Shown: positions 58,509 through 64,000 of the stretch, piece after piece | Numbering within the stretch: position 1 is the stretch's first letter | Layout of the letters: every line of letters begins with the position of its first letter | Source of the DNA: Nitrospirota bacterium | GTDB taxonomy: Bacteria > Nitrospirota > Thermodesulfovibrionia > Thermodesulfovibrionales > Dissulfurispiraceae | Assembly: GCA_963790025.1 (NCBI GenBank) | Contig: CAWBMP010000005.1 | Span: 288,001 to 352,000 of the forward strand | Direction of reading: 5' to 3' | Length of the DNA: 64,000 nt | Translations under genes and position numbers: made by a program | The notes under the pieces: generated by a model | Databases searched by the model: none | What the model was told of the DNA's origin: nothing | Seen by the model: only the letters and a program-made list of their open reading frames with translations

Positions 58509-59682
58509 AAAGGCGCACCTTGTCCCTGGGCAGCACAAGCCTGATTCCTGCTCCCATAGCCGGCCGGCATAATAAGAGCATACCGCCGTGCGCAAGGGCA
58601 ATTTTTTGTGCCAGATAAAGACCGAGGCCGGACCCCTTTGACCTGGTGGTGAAAAAAGGAGTGATAAGCTCGTCAAGGTTCGTTTCCAATGGGAACCCCG
58701 GACCGTTATCTTCGAAGGCAATCTCTGCACTTAATTCCCTGTCAGGCGAAGACATCCTGACGGTGAGCGAGATAGTGTCTGCGCCTGCCTGGACACTGTT
58801 TCTTAAAAGGTTTTCAATAAAAAGTCTGATGTAGAATAAATCCCCGTAAACCGCGGCCCGGGAGCAGGAAGACAGTTTAATGCCGATCTTTTCAGATATT
58901 TCAGTAACGAATGGTATCAGCTCTATCCAGCGTGGATCTTTAATCGCTATTTCTTTGCCATAAAGCAGCAGATTGTCGATAATCTGCTGAGTCCGGTATA
59001 ATTCCTCGGTTATCAGGACCGTGAATCGCTGCGTAAAACGTGAGTCATTGATACGCTCCGGCAGCACCTGTACAAGGTTTGATATCGTGGCAATCGGTGT
59101 CCTAAGCTCATGAGCAAGCGTTGCCGTCATGCGCCCGAGCAGTGCAAGCGCCTTATGTTCCTGTATTTCCCTGGTAAGCTCGGCCTGTTTGGTCTCTAAC
59201 TGTTCCCGCATGACCTGCGTCCGTTTTTTTCTTTCGGATAAAATTATCATAGTCGTAAAGACAATCACCGTTGCGACTATCCCCTCTATGATTTGGGGGT
59301 AGGCGGGATCGAACACCTCTTCTTTTACATAGGCATTTCTAATATAAATATCGACGCTCAGCCCTTTTTCAGAAAAAGTGAAAAGGTATTTTGCTACGCC
59401 CCTGTCAAGACGTTCTACCTCTCCGGAGTCAACTGCCATTAGTTTATTGCTCATAACGGTTTTAATGTATCTTCTCAGAAAGCTCAGGGTCTGGTCGGTA
59501 GTCACTCCGGGGGACAAATCCTTAAATGCTGCGATAGCGCTCTCGACCTCCCGTCTTGTCTCACGGCGCAGCTTTTTTTCGTTTTCGACATTTTCAATGT
59601 TGCCGATCACCAAAGCCACAGCCAATCCAAAGCTCACCGCTGCAAGAAGATAAATGACAAAGTGTATTATACGTTTGAACAT
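58495..59682 (-). CDS. Membrane sensor histidine kinase
   Basis: LAHELRTP, N box, DNGPG, GSGLGL. Confidence 0.9.
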   Translation of the reverse strand: MFKRIIHFVIYLLAAVSFGLAVALVIGNIENVENEKKLRRETRREVESAIAAFKDLSPGVTTDQTLSFLRRYIKTVMSNKLMAVDSGEVERLDRGVAKYLFTFSEKGLSVDIYIRNAYVKEEVFDPAYPQIIEGIVATVIVFTTMIILSERKKRTQVMREQLETKQAELTREIQEHKALALLGRMTATLAHELRTPIATISNLVQVLPERINDSRFTQRFTVLITEELYRTQQIIDNLLLYGKEIAIKDPRWIELIPFVTEISEKIGIKLSSCSRAAVYGDLFYIRLFIENLLRNSVQAGADTISLTVRMSSPDRELSAEIAFEDNGPGFPLETNLDELITPFFTTRSKGSGLGLYLAQKIALAHGGMLLLCRPAMGAGIRLVLPRDKVRLYGQS

Positions 59683-59719
59683 AGATTATATGTTGGAGGT
59701 TAGATTAGCCTCCAATCTC

Positions 59720-61426
59720 CTACCTGATATACGCCTCCGTTACATATCTCCGCATCATTCTATGGGTATTGAAGTAATAAGCATTTTTGCCTATGGCGTT
59801 TTGCATAATGCGTATCCAGTGGGACTTGTCGTCATAAAACGTCGGCATAATGATGCTCTCCAGTTTGTAGTAAAGGTCATCTGCATCACGCGCCGGATCT
59901 GCCGGTATATCGGGAGACGGTCCTATGGCCCATCCCGTGAACCCTTCAATATGTCCCTCGATCCACCATCCGTCGAGTACGCTGAAATTAGGGACCCCAT
60001 TGTGGGTCGCTTTCATTCCGCTGGTCCCTGATGCCTCCAGCGGCCTCAGAGGCGTATTGAGCCATACATCCACACCTGACACCATCTTCAGGGCAAGGTC
60101 CATATTGTAATTTTTCAGGAATGCGATGTGTATTTTGTCCCTGAGCCGCTCTTTTACCTGAAATATGCGCTGTATCAGCTCTTTCCCCGATTCGTCATGC
60201 GGATGGGCCTTCCCGGCATATACAATTTGAAGCCTCCCTTCGGCCATGCGTGCCAGCCGGTCTATATCGGTAAACAGCAGGTCCGCCCGCTTATACGCCG
60301 TTGCCCTCCTGGCGAATCCGATGGTGAAAGTATCATAATTCATTTCCGCCTGCGTCTCACGGTTCACATAGTCGATCAGCTGCCTTTTAGCCTCCATGTG
60401 AGCTTCCCATAGTTCGTTGTCGGGTATGCGACCGACCCTGACAAATATCTCAGGCTCGTTAGCCCAACCAGGCAGGTATTTGTCATAGAGCCTTTTAAAA
60501 CTGTCACAGGTCCAGGTAAAAGAGTGTACCCCGTTCGTTATGGCATGGATGGCGTATCCTGGGAACATACTCTGTGAAACCTGACCGTGCTTTTTAGCTA
60601 CTCCGTTTATGTAATTGCTGAGATTCAGTGCGAGCAGGGTCAAATTAAGGTACTCATGCCCTGAAAATTCTTTTACAGCACTCAGGGGGATGATTTCCTT
60701 CATTATCCGCTCCACCGTATCATAAGTAAATTTGTCATGCCCCGCGGCCACGGGCGTGTGAGTGGTAAAGACGCATAGACTCCGGACTTTCTCGACGTCC
60801 CAGACGAGCTTCTCATCCCATACCTCTTCAATATCTCTTTTGTATCTTTTCAGCAATTCAAGAGTCAGCAGGCTGGAATGCCCCTCGTTCATATGATATT
60901 TCCTTATCATGAATCCCAGTTTCTCGATCATCCGTGTTCCGCCTATGCCGAGCACAATTTCCTGTTTAAGCCGGTAATCGAGTTCACCGCCATACAGGCT
61001 GAAGCAAATGTCCCTGTCCTTCGGAGAATTCTCTCCCAAGTCCGTATCAAGAAAAATAACGGGGACCTGTCCGCCAGTGGCACTTTCGACAACATATATC
61101 CAGGCCCCGACGAAGACCTCTCTGCCTTCAATATGAACGACTACCTGTTCCTTAACAGGCGACATGAACTGATTTGGCTCCAACTCATCGGGCATTTCCG
61201 TCTGCCTGCCGTATATATCAAGCTCCTGCCTGAAGTATCCTTTTTTTGTCAGTAAAGTGACTGCAATCATGGGCAGTTTCAGGTCAGATGCGGACTTAAT
61301 AGTGTCACCCGCCAATACGCCGAGACCGCCGCTATAGGTAGGCATATCGCTCCGTATCCCGATTTCCATTGAAAAGTACGCTATCTTTGGTTCTTTGATA
61401 AAGGTATCCAGATTAGAATATTTCAT
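59720..61426 (-). CDS. glgP: Alpha-glucan phosphorylase (short form)
   Basis: YFSMEIG, YSGGLG, ARRATAYKR, EASGTSGMK. Confidence 0.93.
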   Translation of the reverse strand: MKYSNLDTFIKEPKIAYFSMEIGIRSDMPTYSGGLGVLAGDTIKSASDLKLPMIAVTLLTKKGYFRQELDIYGRQTEMPDELEPNQFMSPVKEQVVVHIEGREVFVGAWIYVVESATGGQVPVIFLDTDLGENSPKDRDICFSLYGGELDYRLKQEIVLGIGGTRMIEKLGFMIRKYHMNEGHSSLLTLELLKRYKRDIEEVWDEKLVWDVEKVRSLCVFTTHTPVAAGHDKFTYDTVERIMKEIIPLSAVKEFSGHEYLNLTLLALNLSNYINGVAKKHGQVSQSMFPGYAIHAITNGVHSFTWTCDSFKRLYDKYLPGWANEPEIFVRVGRIPDNELWEAHMEAKRQLIDYVNRETQAEMNYDTFTIGFARRATAYKRADLLFTDIDRLARMAEGRLQIVYAGKAHPHDESGKELIQRIFQVKERLRDKIHIAFLKNYNMDLALKMVSGVDVWLNTPLRPLEASGTSGMKATHNGVPNFSVLDGWWIEGHIEGFTGWAIGPSPDIPADPARDADDLYYKLESIIMPTFYDDKSHWIRIMQNAIGKNAYYFNTHRMMRRYVTEAYIR

Positions 61427-62250
61427 AAAGGGACCTCCCTGATGCTTGACGCTCGACGCATGAGTTCGGCGAGCGCTGCCTGCCCGTTTTCACCGAGGTC
61501 TTTCGTATAATCGTTCACATATAACCCGATATGTTTCAGCATTACATCTTCGTCCATTTCACATGCGTATTTCTTAATATAGGGCATTGCCTCGGTTCTG
61601 TGCGCCAATGAGTAGTTTATACTTGATCGTATCAGGTTTTCAATCGTCACTATTATCTGCGTTCCGAGAGACTTTTGAGCAATAATGCCGCCGAGGGGAA
61701 TAGGCAGGTCAGTCTCTTTCTCCCACCACTCGCCAAGGTCGATTATCTTGACGAGTCCGAAATCGGGATAGGTAAAGCGGCTCTCGTGTATGATCAGCCC
61801 AGCATCCACCATCCCCTCATTAACTGACCGCATAATACTGTGGAAAGGCATGCTGACCAATGCAGCAGGCTGGGTGTTGAAAGCGGAAGCAAAATACAGC
61901 TTCAATAAAAGTGCGGCCGTAGTAAGCCTGCCCGGAATCGCTATTTTCAGCTCTTTTGAAGGCTTTTCGGAGAAAACTATTTTCCGGTCTCTTGCAACGA
62001 CCAGCGGGCCGCATCCCCTGCCAAGTGCGGCCCCTGTCCTGAGAAATTGGTAGTCGTTCCGAAGGTAATAAAATGCGTGACATGACACCTTTGTTACTTC
62101 AAGCGCCTTGTCAACAGCAAGCTGGTTCAGTGTCTCCACATCTTCTATATGCAGTGTGAAGTCAAGACCTTGCGTATCGATCAGTTTGTTGGCAAGGGCA
62201 TAAAAGATAAAGGTGTCATTAGGACAAGGAGAAAAACCCAAGCGCATCAT
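61423..62250 (-). CDS. mqnD: 1,4-dihydroxy-6-naphthoate synthase (futalosine pathway)
   Basis: SPCPNDTF, DVETLN, GRGCGP, IIHE, DLGEWW...PIPLG, HI.LYVN. Confidence 0.93.
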   Translation of the reverse strand: MMRLGFSPCPNDTFIFYALANKLIDTQGLDFTLHIEDVETLNQLAVDKALEVTKVSCHAFYYLRNDYQFLRTGAALGRGCGPLVVARDRKIVFSEKPSKELKIAIPGRLTTAALLLKLYFASAFNTQPAALVSMPFHSIMRSVNEGMVDAGLIIHESRFTYPDFGLVKIIDLGEWWEKETDLPIPLGGIIAQKSLGTQIIVTIENLIRSSINYSLAHRTEAMPYIKKYACEMDEDVMLKHIGLYVNDYTKDLGENGQAALAELMRRASSIREVPL

Positions 62251-62373
62251 AATCTGAAATTTTACCACTAAATACTAAGTATTTACCATCAACCGCCATC
62301 ATCGGGGTAAGCGGCGAATTCCCAATTAAAGTACTGGGGCACAACGGACGATAATATAGTAGGACCTATAATT

Positions 62374-63285
62374 ATGAAGACCATTATTGCGTTCATTTAT
62401 GTCCTCATATGTATTGGCGTACTGTTCGCCGCTGAAGGGTCCGCTCCTTCTGCTCAGAAATCATCAGTGCTCAAGGATTCCGCAACCGGCATGGAATTTG
62501 TCTATGTCAAAGGCGGATGCTACCAGATGGGGGATGTATTTGGCGATAATGAGTATAAAGACGAGAAATTTGTTCATGAGGTTTGTGTAGATAATTTGTA
62601 CCTTGGCAAATACGACGTTACAGTCGGAGACTTCAGGGAATTTGTGAAAGATACAGGATACATAACAGAGGCGGAAAAAAGTGGCGGGTGCTTTGCCTGG
62701 ACAGGAAGCAAGTGGAACAAAGATGCTAACAAGAACTGGCGCAATCCCGGCTTTTTACAGGACGACCGGCATCCTGCCGTATGTCTGTCCTGGAACGATG
62801 CCGTTGCATTCGCTGAATGGCAAAGCAGAAAGAGCGGGTTAGCGTTTAGACTCCCCACAGAGGCCGAATGGGAGTATGCGGCGAGAGAACGCGGGCGCAG
62901 AGTAAGATTTGGAGTCGGGACGGACAAGGTCAATTGCGACCTTGCAAATTTTGATGCGAGTTCTCAATACAAAAAGCCGTATTCCGAGGCTGGACAATTC
63001 AGGGCCAGGACCATGCCTGCCGGGAGTTTCAAGCCTAACAGCCTGGGATTATATGATATGGCCGGTAATGTGTGGCAGTGGACGAATGACTGGTACGGGG
63101 AGAATTATTACAGCGAGAGTCCAAAGCATAATCCTGTAGGTCCGGCTAAAGGAAAATTCAGGGTGCTTCGCGGTGGTTCGTGGAGCGATTGTCCGCGGGT
63201 CGTACGCGCAGCCTTTCGGTTTTGGAATCCGCCTGTTTATCGGTTCGACTTCGTCGGTTTCCGCCTAGCTGTTACCGCCCCATAG
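62374..63285 (+). CDS. FGE-sulfatase (SUMF1/C-type lectin fold) domain protein, secreted
   Basis: RLPTEAEWEYAAR, NSLGLYDMAGNVWQW, RVLRGGSW...GFRL. Confidence 0.9.
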   Translation: MKTIIAFIYVLICIGVLFAAEGSAPSAQKSSVLKDSATGMEFVYVKGGCYQMGDVFGDNEYKDEKFVHEVCVDNLYLGKYDVTVGDFREFVKDTGYITEAEKSGGCFAWTGSKWNKDANKNWRNPGFLQDDRHPAVCLSWNDAVAFAEWQSRKSGLAFRLPTEAEWEYAARERGRRVRFGVGTDKVNCDLANFDASSQYKKPYSEAGQFRARTMPAGSFKPNSLGLYDMAGNVWQWTNDWYGENYYSESPKHNPVGPAKGKFRVLRGGSWSDCPRVVRAAFRFWNPPVYRFDFVGFRLAVTAP

Positions 63286-63384
63286 TTGTTTGTTCCTTTC
63301 TCCTGAGATGTTGTTCTGAATTACTGTTGGCCTCGTATTTGCCTTGAAAAATAACCGTTATGTGTGCTACATTTAACATTCAAA

Positions 63385-63480
63385 AACACACGCCGGTAAA
63401 GATCCTCAGATGGTCTCGTCGGTTCAAATTATTTTTTGATCCAATGAGTTAATGAGGACCAGGCGGAGGAAAAACCGTTA
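63385..63480 (+). promoter_or_regulatory. Probable S2 (rpsB) autoregulatory leader
   Basis: acacacgcc...ggcggagg-aaaaacc pattern typical of rpsB leaders. Confidence 0.5.
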
Positions 63481-63489
63481 GGAGGAACA

Positions 63490-64000
63490 ATGAGTATTGT
63501 AACTATGAAGGAGCTGTTGGAAGCCGGTGTCCATTTCGGCCATCAGGTGAAGCGCTGGAACCCGAAGATGAAGAAGTTTATCTTCGGAGAGAGAAACGGG
63601 ATCCATATTGTGGACCTCCAGAAGACGCTTAAAGGGCTCATAGAGGCGTACAACTTTGTGAAAAACGTGGCCGCCACCGGGGCGCCGGTACTTTTTGTCG
63701 GCACGAAAAAGCAGGCGCAGGATTCTATTTCTGAAGAGTCCAGGAGGGCCGGCTCATTTTATGTAAACAACCGGTGGCTGGGCGGTATGCTGACCAATTT
63801 CACTACAGTCAAAAAGAGCATCGAGCGGCTAAAGAAGATCGACGCAATGAAGGAAGACGGCACTTACAATGTTCTGAAGAAAAAAGAGGTTGCAATGCTT
63901 GAAAAGGAGAGGAATAACCTGGAAAAAAACCTGTCCGGCATAAAAGAGATGACCTCGCTGCCAGGTGCGCTTTTTATTATCGACCCAAGAAAAGAGAGGA
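63490..64000 (+). CDS. rpsB: 30S ribosomal protein S2 (truncated by window end)
   Basis: [37 protein letters not shown]. Confidence 0.97.
   Translation, partial: MSIVTMKELLEAGVHFGHQVKRWNPKMKKFIFGERNGIHIVDLQKTLKGLIEAYNFVKNVAATGAPVLFVGTKKQAQDSISEESRRAGSFYVNNRWLGGMLTNFTTVKKSIERLKKIDAMKEDGTYNVLKKKEVAMLEKERNNLEKNLSGIKEMTSLPGALFIIDPRKER

Noticed and set aside
1..64000. CRISPR array, DGR reverse transcriptase/template repeat, integrase or duplicated tRNA att site
   Set aside because: None seen on manual reading; short or degenerate copies could have been missed

Overview
Bacterial chromosomal window; gene content suggests an anaerobic diderm, possibly Nitrospirota/Thermodesulfovibrionia-like (inference only). 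Core genes (rnj, ftsK, lolA, pdxA, rimI, tsaB, frameshifted zur plus znuACB, Lpp-like lipoprotein with an L,D-transpeptidase, tRNA-Val/tRNA-Asp, pfk, PBP1A, mqnD, rpsB) flank an accessory region starting after tRNA-Asp. The main result is a bacterial operon (25251-35743, minus strand) encoding close homologues of BOTH plant starch-phosphorylating enzymes, glucan water dikinase (GWD1-like, with a CBM45-like N-terminus) and phosphoglucan water dikinase (PWD-like, fused to a metal-binding TIM barrel). It also carries a GH13 enzyme and a second TIM-barrel protein, and converges on pgi-glgP. Other highlights: a Tat-exported protein split by an in-frame TGA followed by stem-loops (candidate new selenoprotein); a sigma54-driven KAS/ACP/aminotransferase/GNAT lipid cluster; an uncharacterised Tat molybdoenzyme without a membrane anchor; two FGE/CLec proteins with DGR-target-like C-termini; a Y1 transposase with inverted repeats, an IS1-like MITE and an IS1202-group element with a 16-bp target duplication; purine/pyrimidine hairpin repeats, one encoding the LolA signal peptide; and several apparently leaderless genes. 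All calls come from motif recognition, with no database searches run.
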